A DNA stretch of 64,000 nt from Opitutales bacterium (GTDB lineage Bacteria > Verrucomicrobiota > Verrucomicrobiia > Opitutales > PNEW01). Numbering within the stretch: position 1 is the stretch's first letter; each line of letters opens with the position of its first letter. Both the position numbers and the translations under genes were made by a program. Shown here in pieces: positions 50,145-59,686 of the stretch. The stretch lies in the NCBI GenBank assembly GCA_965197745.1, contig CBDANS010000006.1:1440001-1504000 (forward strand), read 5' to 3'. Below the pieces are notes generated by a model. It was not told the origin of the DNA. It did no database searches and saw nothing but the letters and a program-made list of their open reading frames with translations.

Positions 50145-50969
50145 ATGATACAGGAAAATTACAGCCTCAGTGAAGAACAGATTCAGCATTATGAAGTATT
50201 TGGTTTTTTGGTAAGGCGAAATGTCTTCACTGCTGAGGAGGTGGCGAGAATGAACGAGGAGTTTGATCGTCGTTTTGCCACCGTCCTCAAGGAAACAGAC
50301 CCTGAAGGGAAGCGGTTCTTCAACTGGACAAATCTGACCGAGGAGACGCCATTTATTGCAAGTTTGCTCAATGACCCGCGAATTTATCTCCACTCCGAAC
50401 AACTGATTGGTGAAGATTCCGTTTTTATCAATTCGCACTCCAACAGTTTCCCGAAAGGTACTGGATGGCATCCAGATAGGATCGATCATAATATGTGCGC
50501 CATAAGAAATGTCATGTATCTGCAGCCGACAACTGCGGACCGTGGAGCCTTGCGTGTTATTCCCGGGTCGCACAAAAATCCACTGCATGAAGAGCTTCTC
50601 CGCATCGGATTGTGGGTCTCCAAAGGTAAAGGATCACCGTATTTAGAGAAATCCGGTCTGAGCGGTGAAGATATACCCTGCTACATATTTGAGTCACATC
50701 CGGGCGATATCATTACCTTTAACGAGTTAACCTGGCATGCTGCCTTTGGTGGGTATAATGATCGTCGCACCTGCAACTTTGATTTTTATCGCAATCCGAA
50801 GACACCTGATGAAATAGCCTCGATGCGATTGGAAGCAAAAAAAGGTAAGCAATATCATCCCTGGTGGTTGGAAAATCCTGACAACATTCCGCGACGTGAA
50901 CGCTGGATTAACTGGTTAAAAGAATGGGGTTTCTTCGAAGCTAAAAATAAAAATTCAATTCTTAATTAA
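50145..50969 (+). CDS. PhyH-family dioxygenase, copy 13 (clade C)
   Basis: WHPD, WHAAFGG; 11-aa deletion before QYHPWW. Confidence 0.92.
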   Translation: MIQENYSLSEEQIQHYEVFGFLVRRNVFTAEEVARMNEEFDRRFATVLKETDPEGKRFFNWTNLTEETPFIASLLNDPRIYLHSEQLIGEDSVFINSHSNSFPKGTGWHPDRIDHNMCAIRNVMYLQPTTADRGALRVIPGSHKNPLHEELLRIGLWVSKGKGSPYLEKSGLSGEDIPCYIFESHPGDIITFNELTWHAAFGGYNDRRTCNFDFYRNPKTPDEIASMRLEAKKGKQYHPWWLENPDNIPRRERWINWLKEWGFFEAKNKNSILN

Positions 50970-50970
50970 A

Positions 50971-51816
50971 ATGATACAGGAAAATTACAGCCTTAGCGAA
51001 GCGCAGATTCAGCATTTTGAAGTATTTGGTTTTTTGGTAAGGAGAAATGTTTTCACTGCTGAGGAGGTAGCGAGAATGAACGAGGAGTTTGATCGTCGCC
51101 TCGCAGCTATTATCGAGGAATCCGTTCCTGATGAGAATCGGACATTAAACAACTGGACTAATCGGACCCCGGATACCCCTTTTATAGCGAGTTTGCTTGA
51201 TGACCCGCGTATATATATGCACTCCGAACAACTGATTGGTGAAGACTCCGTTCCCGTCCATTCTAACGCCAACAGTTATGGGACAAGTACCCATTGGCAT
51301 CCGGATAGGACAGATCAAAATATGTGCGCTATTAAAAATGTCATGTATCTGCAGCCGACAACCGCAGAACGCGGCGCCTTGCGTGTTATTCCCGGGTCGC
51401 ACAAAAATCTTCTACACGAAGATCTTCTCCGCATCGGATTGAGAGGGGACAAAGATGCCGAACATAATTTTTTAGAAGAATCCGGACTGCGGGGTGAAGA
51501 TATACCTTGTTACGTATTTGAATCGGAACCGGGTGATGTCATTACCTTTAATGAGTTGACATGGCACGCAGCATTTGGCGGTTATGTAGACCGCCGCACC
51601 TGTACCTTTAACTTTTATCACAACCCGAAGTCACCCGAAGAGATCGAGTCGATGCGAAAAGAAGTGGAACTTATTTCTAATAGCAATAATAGATTGGGGA
51701 CCGTGGGGTTGCAATACCATCCCTGGTGGTTGGAAAATCCTGATAATAATCCACGTCGGACGCGCTGGATCAATTGGCTGAAAGATTGGGGATTTGTCGA
51801 TGCTTATGATAATTGA
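50971..51816 (+). CDS. PhyH-family dioxygenase, copy 14 (clade C)
   Basis: WHPD, WHAAFGG. Confidence 0.92.
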   Translation: MIQENYSLSEAQIQHFEVFGFLVRRNVFTAEEVARMNEEFDRRLAAIIEESVPDENRTLNNWTNRTPDTPFIASLLDDPRIYMHSEQLIGEDSVPVHSNANSYGTSTHWHPDRTDQNMCAIKNVMYLQPTTAERGALRVIPGSHKNLLHEDLLRIGLRGDKDAEHNFLEESGLRGEDIPCYVFESEPGDVITFNELTWHAAFGGYVDRRTCTFNFYHNPKSPEEIESMRKEVELISNSNNRLGTVGLQYHPWWLENPDNNPRRTRWINWLKDWGFVDAYDN

Positions 51817-51836
51817 AAAAATTTTACTAAAATAAA

Positions 51837-52682
51837 ATGATACAGGAAAATTATAGTCTCAGCGAAGCGCAGATTCAGCATTTCGAAGTTTTTGGATTCC
51901 TCGTCCGGAGGCAGGTGTTCAGTTCCGAGGAAGTGGCTAGAATGAACGAAGAATTCGATCGTCGCCTGGCATGCATCGTCAGAGAAACAGATCCTGAAGG
52001 GAAACGGATTTTCAATAACTGGCCTAACCGGAGTCCTGAAACCCCTTTTATTGCCAGTGTGCTTGAGGACCCGCGTATTTATCTTCCTGCAGAACAGCTG
52101 ACAGGTGAAGACTCTGTTCCTGTCAATTCTAATGCCAACAGCTATGGGATAAATAGCACTTGGCATGCGGATACGAATGATCATCATTTGTGCATAATCA
52201 AAAATGTCATGTATCTGCAACCGACAACCGCGGACCACGGTGCATTGCGAGTTATTCCTGGGTCGCATAAAAATCCGTTACATGAAGATCTTCTCCACAT
52301 CGGATTGGAGGAGGGGGAAATTAACGAACCTCGATTTTTAGAAAAATCCGGCATGCGCGGTGAAGAGATACCCTGCTACATATTTGAGTCGAATCCGGGC
52401 GATATCATTACCTTTAATGAATTAACCTGGCATGCTGCCTTTGGTGGCTATAGAGATCGTCGCACATGCACTTTTAATTTTTCTCGCAATCCGAAGACTC
52501 CCGAGGAGATCGAGTCGATGCAAAAAGAGTTGGAACGCTTTCCTGAAGGCAATAAGATTTTGGGAACAGTGGGAATGCAATACCATCCCTGGTGGTTGGA
52601 AAATCCTGATCATAACCCGCGGCGTATGCGCTGGATTAATTGGTTGACAGAGTGGGGCTTCATTGAAGCAGGTAATAATTAA
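51837..52682 (+). CDS. PhyH-family dioxygenase, copy 15 (clade C)
   Basis: WHAD, WHAAFGG. Confidence 0.92.
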   Translation: MIQENYSLSEAQIQHFEVFGFLVRRQVFSSEEVARMNEEFDRRLACIVRETDPEGKRIFNNWPNRSPETPFIASVLEDPRIYLPAEQLTGEDSVPVNSNANSYGINSTWHADTNDHHLCIIKNVMYLQPTTADHGALRVIPGSHKNPLHEDLLHIGLEEGEINEPRFLEKSGMRGEEIPCYIFESNPGDIITFNELTWHAAFGGYRDRRTCTFNFSRNPKTPEEIESMQKELERFPEGNKILGTVGMQYHPWWLENPDHNPRRMRWINWLTEWGFIEAGNN

Positions 52683-52683
52683 A

Positions 52684-53529
52684 ATGATCCAGGAAAATTA
52701 TAGCCTCAGTGAGGCGCAGATTCAGCATTTTGAAGTTTTTGGCTTCCTCGTCCGAAGAGCGGTATTCAGTACCGAGGAAATTAATAAAATGAACGCGGAG
52801 TTCGATAAGCGTCTCGCCTCCCTTAAAGCAAAAGCAGACCCAAGCGAAGAAAGGCTTTTCAATAACTGGCCCAATCGAAATCCGGAAACACCTTATATTG
52901 CCAGCTTGCTCGAAGATCCGCGTATTTATGTCCCCGCGGAGCAGTTAGTAGGCGAAGACTGCGTCCCCGTTCACTCCAATGCCAACAGTTACGCGAAAAG
53001 TTCCGCCTGGCATCCGGATACCACAGATCCCCACCTCTTAATGATAAAAAATGTCATGTATTTGCAGCCAACCACGGGGGACCATGGAGCCCTGAGAGTC
53101 ATCCCCGGATCTCACATGAATCCCTTACATGAAGAGCTTCTTCGCATAGGATTAGATTGTTCATTTGGTAAAGAATCCAGATATTTAAAAGAGTCCGGTC
53201 TGCGGGGTGAAGATATTCCGAGCTTTATTTTCAGTTCACAGCCGGGTGATTTGATTATGTTCAACCAAAGGACATGGCACGCCGCTTTTGGCGGCTATGA
53301 GGACCGCCGTACTTGTACCTATAATTTCTACAAAAGTCCCAAGTCATCTGAAGAAAAAGAGTCATTGCACAAACAGTTAGAAGTCGCCCGGAAAAATATT
53401 AAATATTTGGGAACTGTAGGGCAGCAATACCACCCCTGGTGGTTGGAAAATCCCGAAAGCAATCCGAGGCGAGAACGTTGGATCCAATCGTTAAAGGAAT
53501 GGGGCTTTGTAGAAGCTAAAAATAATTAA
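52684..53529 (+). CDS. PhyH-family dioxygenase, copy 16 (clade C)
   Basis: Start reassigned to MIQENYSL; WHPD, WHAAFGG. Confidence 0.92.
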   Translation: MIQENYSLSEAQIQHFEVFGFLVRRAVFSTEEINKMNAEFDKRLASLKAKADPSEERLFNNWPNRNPETPYIASLLEDPRIYVPAEQLVGEDCVPVHSNANSYAKSSAWHPDTTDPHLLMIKNVMYLQPTTGDHGALRVIPGSHMNPLHEELLRIGLDCSFGKESRYLKESGLRGEDIPSFIFSSQPGDLIMFNQRTWHAAFGGYEDRRTCTYNFYKSPKSSEEKESLHKQLEVARKNIKYLGTVGQQYHPWWLENPESNPRRERWIQSLKEWGFVEAKNN

Positions 53530-53550
53530 ATATCCTAAACAATAAATACT

Positions 53551-54408
53551 ATGATCCAAAAAAACCACAGTCTAACAAAAGAGCAGGTCCAGCATTTTGA
53601 GACTTTCGGTTTTCTTGTCCGTCGCCAGGTGTTCAGCCCGGATGAAGTTAACCGGATTAACGAGGAGTTCGATAAGCATCTCGCCGCGATTAAAGATGAT
53701 TTTGATAATATTAAAGACAGCCGTTCCCGTAAATGGCCTAATTGGTCGAATCTCATTCCGGAGACCCCTATGATCGCAACTTTGTTGGAAGATCCACGCA
53801 TTTGTGTGCCCACGGAGCAATTACAAGGAGAAGACACCGTTCCCGTGTATTCCAATGCTAACAGCTTTAGACAAAACACCAACTGGCACCCGGATATGAG
53901 GCAACGACATATTCGCGCGCTCAAAAATCTCACTTATCTGCAACCCACGACTGCTGAACACGGATCTTTACGTCTCATTCCTGGTTCGCATATAAGTCCT
54001 TTATTTGATGAGCTGATTCGCATCGGGTTGAGACCTGCTGATGATAGTGAAGCTGATTTTCTAACAGAATCCGGTATGCGTGGCGAAGATATTCCCGCTT
54101 ATGTATTTTCTTCAAAGCCGGGTGATGTCGTTACTTTTAACATGAATGTATGGCACGCGGCTTTTGGGGGCTATGAAGACCGAAGGAACTGTTCTCTTGC
54201 CTATTACAGCAATCCTAAGACAGCTCAAGAAGAAGAGGACCTGCGTGCGCAGGTAGAAAATGCCAAATCCATCAGTTCGAGAATGGATTTGCAGGATGCA
54301 CCATACTACCATCCCTGGTGGTTGGAAAATCCCGAGGGCAGTGCGAAGCGGGCACGCTGGATAAAATGGTTGGATAAATGGGGCTTTATAGAAGCAATGA
54401 ATAATTAA
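53551..54408 (+). CDS. PhyH-family dioxygenase, copy 17 (clade C, WPNWSN subgroup)
   Basis: WHPD, WHAAFGG, DRRNCS. Confidence 0.92.
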   Translation: MIQKNHSLTKEQVQHFETFGFLVRRQVFSPDEVNRINEEFDKHLAAIKDDFDNIKDSRSRKWPNWSNLIPETPMIATLLEDPRICVPTEQLQGEDTVPVYSNANSFRQNTNWHPDMRQRHIRALKNLTYLQPTTAEHGSLRLIPGSHISPLFDELIRIGLRPADDSEADFLTESGMRGEDIPAYVFSSKPGDVVTFNMNVWHAAFGGYEDRRNCSLAYYSNPKTAQEEEDLRAQVENAKSISSRMDLQDAPYYHPWWLENPEGSAKRARWIKWLDKWGFIEAMNN

Positions 54409-54428
54409 GTAACCCCGAAAATAATATT

Positions 54429-55289
54429 ATGAACCAGGAAAATCACAGTCTGACAGATGAGCAGATCCAGCATTTTGAAACCTTCGGTTTTATTGTCCGT
54501 CGCCAGGTCTTCAGTCCGAAGGAAATTGATCGGATCAATGAGGAGTTCGAGCAGTATCTGACGACGATTAAAGACGAATTTGAGAAGAAAGTCGGGCAGG
54601 GCCGAGGCTGGCCCAATTGGTCCAACTTGAATCCGGATACGCCCTATATGGCAAGTTTGTTGGAAGATCCTCGCATTTGCGTGCCCTCAGAACAGTTACT
54701 GGGAGAAGACACCTTCCCCGTTTATTCCAATGCCAACAGCTTTAGATATAACAGCGGCTGGCATCCAGATGCTAAATTGCAACATTTGCGGATGCTCAAA
54801 AATCTTGTCTATCTGCAACCCACGACCGGTGACAACGGTTCTTTGCGTGTAATCCCAGGGTCGCATAAAAGTCCACTCTTTGATGATCTCCAACACCTGA
54901 AGATGGTTAATTCTGATGATAAGCAATCAAACTCTTTAAAAGAATCGGGCATACGCAGCGAAGATATTCCCGCTTATATTTTCTGTTCGCAGCCGGGTGA
55001 TGTCATTACCTTTAACCATAGATTATGGCACGCGGCTTTTAATGGTTACGAAGACCGAAGGAACTGCTCTTTTGCTTTTTTCAGCAATCCCAAAACGGCT
55101 CAAGAGGAAGAGGATTTGCGTGCACAAGCAGTAGCTGCTAAAAACACCGCAAATGGACTGAAAATGGTTTTGAAAGATTCGAAATACTATCACCCCTGGT
55201 GGTTGGAGAACGCAGAGGGTAGTGCGAAGCGCGAGCGCTGGATAAAAAGGCTCGATAAATGGGGCTTTATCGAAGCAGTGAATAATTAA
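54429..55289 (+). CDS. PhyH-family dioxygenase, copy 18 (clade C, WPNWSN subgroup)
   Basis: WHPD, WHAAFNG, DRRNCS. Confidence 0.92.
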   Translation: MNQENHSLTDEQIQHFETFGFIVRRQVFSPKEIDRINEEFEQYLTTIKDEFEKKVGQGRGWPNWSNLNPDTPYMASLLEDPRICVPSEQLLGEDTFPVYSNANSFRYNSGWHPDAKLQHLRMLKNLVYLQPTTGDNGSLRVIPGSHKSPLFDDLQHLKMVNSDDKQSNSLKESGIRSEDIPAYIFCSQPGDVITFNHRLWHAAFNGYEDRRNCSFAFFSNPKTAQEEEDLRAQAVAAKNTANGLKMVLKDSKYYHPWWLENAEGSAKRERWIKRLDKWGFIEAVNN

Positions 55290-55304
55290 TCACAGGGTTA
55301 TATT

Positions 55305-56171
55305 ATGATCCAGGAAACTCACAGTCTTACCGAAGCGCAGGTCCAGCACTTTGAAACCTTCGGTTTTATAGTCCGTCGCCAGGTCTTCAGCCCGGATGAA
55401 ATTGACCGGATCAACAAGGAGTTTGATAAATATCTCGCGGCGATTAAAGAGGAATTTGAAAAGAAATCAGATCCCAGTACGCATCGCTGGCCTAATTGGT
55501 CAAACATGAATCCGGATACCCCTTATATGGCAAGTTTGTTGGAAGATCCGCGCATTTATGTTCCCACCGAACAATTACAGGGAGAAGACACGGTTCCCTT
55601 GTATTCCAATGCCAACAGCTTTAGATTTAACAGCAACTGGCATGCAGATACGCGGCAATGTCATTTGCCTATGCTTAAAAATCTCGTCTATCTGCAACCC
55701 ACGACCGGTGACCACGGATCTTTGCGTGTGATTCCAGGTTCGCATAAGAGTCCCCTCTACGATAATCTCCAACGCCTGAAGATGAGTCCCTCTGATGATA
55801 AGCAGTCGAAATCTTTAAAGGAATCCGGCATGCGTGGCGAAGATATTCCCGCTTATATATTCTGTTCGCAGCCAGGTGATGTCATTACCTTTAACATGAG
55901 ATTATGGCACGCGGCTTTTGGCGGATATGAAGACCGCAGGAACTGTTCCCTTGCCTTTTGCAGCAATCCCAAGACGGCAGAAGAAGAAGAAGATCTAAAA
56001 TCACAGTTAGAAAATGCCAAAACTTTGACAGACGGGCTGAAAATGGAATTGAAAGATTCGAAATACTACCACCCCTGGTGGTTGGATAATCCCGAGGGCA
56101 GTCCGAGACGCGCACGCTGGATACAATGGCTGGATGATAAGGGCTTTATTGAAGCGGTTAATAAGAATTAA
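55305..56171 (+). CDS. PhyH-family dioxygenase, copy 19 (clade C, WPNWSN subgroup)
   Basis: WHAD, WHAAFGG, DRRNCS. Confidence 0.92.
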   Translation: MIQETHSLTEAQVQHFETFGFIVRRQVFSPDEIDRINKEFDKYLAAIKEEFEKKSDPSTHRWPNWSNMNPDTPYMASLLEDPRIYVPTEQLQGEDTVPLYSNANSFRFNSNWHADTRQCHLPMLKNLVYLQPTTGDHGSLRVIPGSHKSPLYDNLQRLKMSPSDDKQSKSLKESGMRGEDIPAYIFCSQPGDVITFNMRLWHAAFGGYEDRRNCSLAFCSNPKTAEEEEDLKSQLENAKTLTDGLKMELKDSKYYHPWWLDNPEGSPRRARWIQWLDDKGFIEAVNKN

Positions 56172-56187
56172 CTTAAAGGATCCCATC

Positions 56188-57036
56188 ATCATAAAGGAAA
56201 AATACACGCTCACCGAAGAGCAGATCCAGCACTATGAAATCTTCGGTTTTCTTATCCGTCGTCAAGTATTCAGCTCTGAGGAAATTGAGAGAATCAACGG
56301 GGAGTTCGATAAACGTCTCGCTACCCTGAAACGTGAAAATGATCTGAAAGAAGATGACCAAATTCATAACTGGTGCAATCGCAATCCAGAAACACCTTAT
56401 GTGGCCAGCTTACTGGAGGATCCCCGCATTTACATACCTTCAGAGCAATTATTAGGAGAAGACGCCGTTCCCGTGTATTCCAATTCCAACAGCTATCGGG
56501 AAAACACTTCCTGGCACCCGGATTCGAAGGAGCGCCATTTACGATTGCTCAAAAATGTAACCTATCTGCAACCAACCTCCGCTGATCGCGGTTCTTTGCG
56601 TCTCATTCCCGGTTCACACAAGAGTCCCTTATTTGATGAGCTGCATCGGATCGGATTGAATATCTATGACGATGAGAACAAATCCAATTTTATGGAAGAA
56701 TCAGGTCTCCGAGGTGAAGATATTCCCTGCTATATATTCTCTTCTCAACCAGGCGATATCATTACCTTTAACCAGAACACATGGCATGCGGCTTATGGTG
56801 GTTACGAAGACCGAAGGACGTGCACCTTTAATTTCATCTGCAACCCCAAAACTGCTGAAGAAACAGCAGAACTGCGCGCCAAGGTGAAACATGCCGGGAG
56901 TATTAAAAAAAGACTGCGAACCCTGGGGCCACAATACCATCCGTGGTGGTTGGCCAATCCTGAAGGCAATATCAGGCGTGCGCGCTGGATAAAATGGTTG
57001 GAAGAGTGGGGTTTTGTCGAATCGATGAAGAATTAA
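56188..57036 (+). CDS. PhyH-family dioxygenase, copy 20 (clade C; ATC at the homologous start position)
   Basis: WHPD, WHAAYGG. IIKEKYTL aligns with MIQENYSL. Alternative ATG at 56134 lies inside copy 19. Confidence 0.88.
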   Translation: MIKEKYTLTEEQIQHYEIFGFLIRRQVFSSEEIERINGEFDKRLATLKRENDLKEDDQIHNWCNRNPETPYVASLLEDPRIYIPSEQLLGEDAVPVYSNSNSYRENTSWHPDSKERHLRLLKNVTYLQPTSADRGSLRLIPGSHKSPLFDELHRIGLNIYDDENKSNFMEESGLRGEDIPCYIFSSQPGDIITFNQNTWHAAYGGYEDRRTCTFNFICNPKTAEETAELRAKVKHAGSIKKRLRTLGPQYHPWWLANPEGNIRRARWIKWLEEWGFVESMKN

Positions 57037-57056
57037 TTAACCCCCAGAGTGATTTT

Positions 57057-57908
57057 ATGATCCAGGAAAATCACAATCTCATTGAAGAGCAGATCCAACA
57101 TTTTAAGACATTTGGTTTTCTTGTCCGCCGCCAGGTGTTCAGCGCGGAAGAAGTTGAGAGGACCAACGAGGAGTTCAGCCGCCGCCGCGCATTCATCCTC
57201 GCGGGGCTCAATGCTGATGAAAAAAAAGGTTTCAGAACATGGCCAATCCGAAATCCGAAAAGCCCGTATATCGCGAGTTTATCTGAAGACCCCCGAATTT
57301 ATGTGCCCTCAGAGCAACTCTTAGGTGAAGACTCCGTATTACTCCAGTCCAACTGCAACAGCTATAGGGTAGACACTGCCTGGCACTCGGATACGAAGGA
57401 TCGCCATTTGCGATTAATTAAAAATGTAATATATCTGCAACCCACCACTGCCGAACGTGGTGCCTTGCGTCTCATTCCCGGTTCACACATGAGCCCCTTA
57501 TACGATGATCTGGTAGGGATCGGCTTGGATCTTTATGTCAAAGATCAACAGTCCTATTTTCTGAAGGATTCCGAGTTTTGCGGTGAAGATATCCCCAGCT
57601 ATATATTTTCTTCACAGCCGGGCGACATTATCACTTTTGCCCAGTGTACCTGGCACGCGGCTTTTGGTAGTTTCGAAGACCGAAGGACGTGCACCTTTAA
57701 TTTCATCGGCAACCCAAAAACAGCTGAAGAAAAAGCGGAACTGCGTGCCATGGCGGAGCAAGCCGGGAGTCGGAGTTTTAAAGAATTACCGGTCCAGGGG
57801 CCCCAATGTCATCCGTGGTGGATGGCCAATTCTGAAGCCAATGCCAGGCGCGCGCGGTGGATTGAAAAGTTAGAAGAGTGGGGTTTTGTCGAAGCGGTGA
57901 AAATTTAA
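57057..57908 (+). CDS. PhyH-family dioxygenase, copy 21 (clade C, chimeric/drifting)
   Basis: Start reassigned to MIQENHNL; WHSD, WHAAFGS. Confidence 0.9.
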   Translation: MIQENHNLIEEQIQHFKTFGFLVRRQVFSAEEVERTNEEFSRRRAFILAGLNADEKKGFRTWPIRNPKSPYIASLSEDPRIYVPSEQLLGEDSVLLQSNCNSYRVDTAWHSDTKDRHLRLIKNVIYLQPTTAERGALRLIPGSHMSPLYDDLVGIGLDLYVKDQQSYFLKDSEFCGEDIPSYIFSSQPGDIITFAQCTWHAAFGSFEDRRTCTFNFIGNPKTAEEKAELRAMAEQAGSRSFKELPVQGPQCHPWWMANSEANARRARWIEKLEEWGFVEAVKI

Positions 57909-57981
57909 GGAGGGAATTTATCCCTTTATAGATAGGGGTATTACCTCTTCCAGCTCATAAAAGCAGCCTGACCTCTTTTGT

Positions 57982-58785
57982 CTAGTCGTCTCGGAAAGGA
58001 ATGAAGTCGGGAACTTCTTTTGCGCCCAGTCGCGGCAAGTCCTCAACCATCTGTCGTATACGTGGGCGATCGCTAGTTAAGAGGGTTTCTGCAGGTTCAA
58101 ATATATTCTTTTTATAATAACGCAGCGAGGCGAGATGCATGTCGGTCGTCGGTCGAGCCGCAAATTTTAGCGCAATATAACGCCGGCCTTTTTTTCCATT
58201 AAACATGGAATGCCAGAGACTCTGGCTGAAAAATAAGACATCACCCGGGCGACATTCAAAAGGAAAGCCGGGTATATCCGGTCCGGGGACATCGAATGGT
58301 TTAACATAATCTCCGTGCTGATGACGATTTTCCGGTTCTATTTGCCCATGAAGGGGCAGCCGATGGGAACCGGGTATCACGCGCAGGCAGCCATTATCTT
58401 TATCCAAGGGGTCGAGATAGAGCATGACTTTAATTCTGAGGTAGGAAACTTCCTCCTCATCACCGGGACGGTCAGGATGCCAGCCATGCTCACGATGATA
58501 GGTTACTTGTCCCTCAGATCCAGCCCAGACAAATCCAGGCCCGAGCAATCCCTCGATCGTGTCCTGGATGCGATCGTCATCGAGTAGTTCCAGCAGCGGG
58601 GAATGCCGTTCAACAAACTCATCTAATGATAACTCCTCGTCTTTCGAAGACTCTTTTTTTCTGTCATCCACCCATAATTTTTCGGCTTCGCTTGTTATCT
58701 TATCAATCTCTTCGGGGGTGAAAGCCTGGCGCAGGATAAGAAAGCCAAAGGCGTCAAAATGTGCTTTCTGTTCGGGAGCTATCAT
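57982..58785 (-). CDS. PhyH-family dioxygenase, copy 22 (clade D)
   Basis: SEGQ, WHPDRPG, WHSM, RRYIALKFAARP. Confidence 0.92.
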   Translation of the reverse strand: MIAPEQKAHFDAFGFLILRQAFTPEEIDKITSEAEKLWVDDRKKESSKDEELSLDEFVERHSPLLELLDDDRIQDTIEGLLGPGFVWAGSEGQVTYHREHGWHPDRPGDEEEVSYLRIKVMLYLDPLDKDNGCLRVIPGSHRLPLHGQIEPENRHQHGDYVKPFDVPGPDIPGFPFECRPGDVLFFSQSLWHSMFNGKKGRRYIALKFAARPTTDMHLASLRYYKKNIFEPAETLLTSDRPRIRQMVEDLPRLGAKEVPDFIPFRDD

Positions 58786-58837
58786 ATTCGGGCTCAGCTA
58801 ATTAATTATATTTAGATTATCAGGTAAAATCTATTGC

Positions 58838-59686
58838 TCAATTAATACTATTCTCTTCTCGTTGATGATAGAGTGAAGCTTTTAAATCATCACAATAGGG
58901 TATGAAGGCAGGTACTTTTTTTGCGCCCAGGCGTGGTAAATCCTCAACCATTCGGCGAATTTTGGGATTATCGCTTTTTAACAAGATATCTGCCGGTTCA
59001 AACATGTGCTTAGTATAATAGCGCAGGGAGGCGAGTTGCTTATCCATTAACGGACGCGCCGCAAATTTCAGCGCGATATAGCGCCGCCCTTTTGTCCCAT
59101 TGAACATGCCATGCCAGAGACTATGATTGAAAAATATAACATCACCCGGACGACATTCTAATGGAAAACCGGGCATATCCGGCCCAGTGATGTCGAAAGG
59201 CTTAACATGATCCTCGTGCTGGTGGTGTTCCTGCGGTTCTATTTGCCCATGAAGGGGTAGCTGATGGGAGCCCGGTATCACGCGCAGACATCCACTGTCT
59301 TTATCCAGGGGATCGAGGTAGATCATAACTTTAATTCTCTGATAGGAGAGTTCCTCTTCATCACCGGGTCTGTCCGTATGCCAACCATGGTAACGATGAC
59401 TGGTAACTTGTCCTTCAGATCCAGCAAAGATAAAATTAGGTCCGAGCAATCCCTCGATCGTCCCATGAATCCGATCGTCAACGAGAAGATTAATCAGTGT
59501 GGGACGCAGCTCAACGAACTCATCTGAACTTAACTCTTCGTCCTGCGAAGGACATTTCTTCCTGTGTTCACTCCAAATTGTTCCAGCTTCGCTTGTTATC
59601 TTTTCAATCTCTTCAGGTGAGAAAGCCTGACGGAGGATAAGAAATCCAAAGACGTCAAAATGTGCTTTCTGTTCAGAAGTTAACAT
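58838..59686 (-). CDS. PhyH-family dioxygenase, copy 23 (clade D, duplicate of copy 22)
   Basis: SEGQ, WHTDRPG, WHGM, RRYIALKFAARP. Confidence 0.92.
   Translation of the reverse strand: MLTSEQKAHFDVFGFLILRQAFSPEEIEKITSEAGTIWSEHRKKCPSQDEELSSDEFVELRPTLINLLVDDRIHGTIEGLLGPNFIFAGSEGQVTSHRYHGWHTDRPGDEEELSYQRIKVMIYLDPLDKDSGCLRVIPGSHQLPLHGQIEPQEHHQHEDHVKPFDITGPDMPGFPLECRPGDVIFFNHSLWHGMFNGTKGRRYIALKFAARPLMDKQLASLRYYTKHMFEPADILLKSDNPKIRRMVEDLPRLGAKKVPAFIPYCDDLKASLYHQREENSIN

Noticed and set aside
42897..57873. Recurrent antisense and alternate-frame ORFs across the PhyH array
   Set aside because: They recur only because the sense genes are paralogous; lengths are inconsistent and no independent motifs are present.
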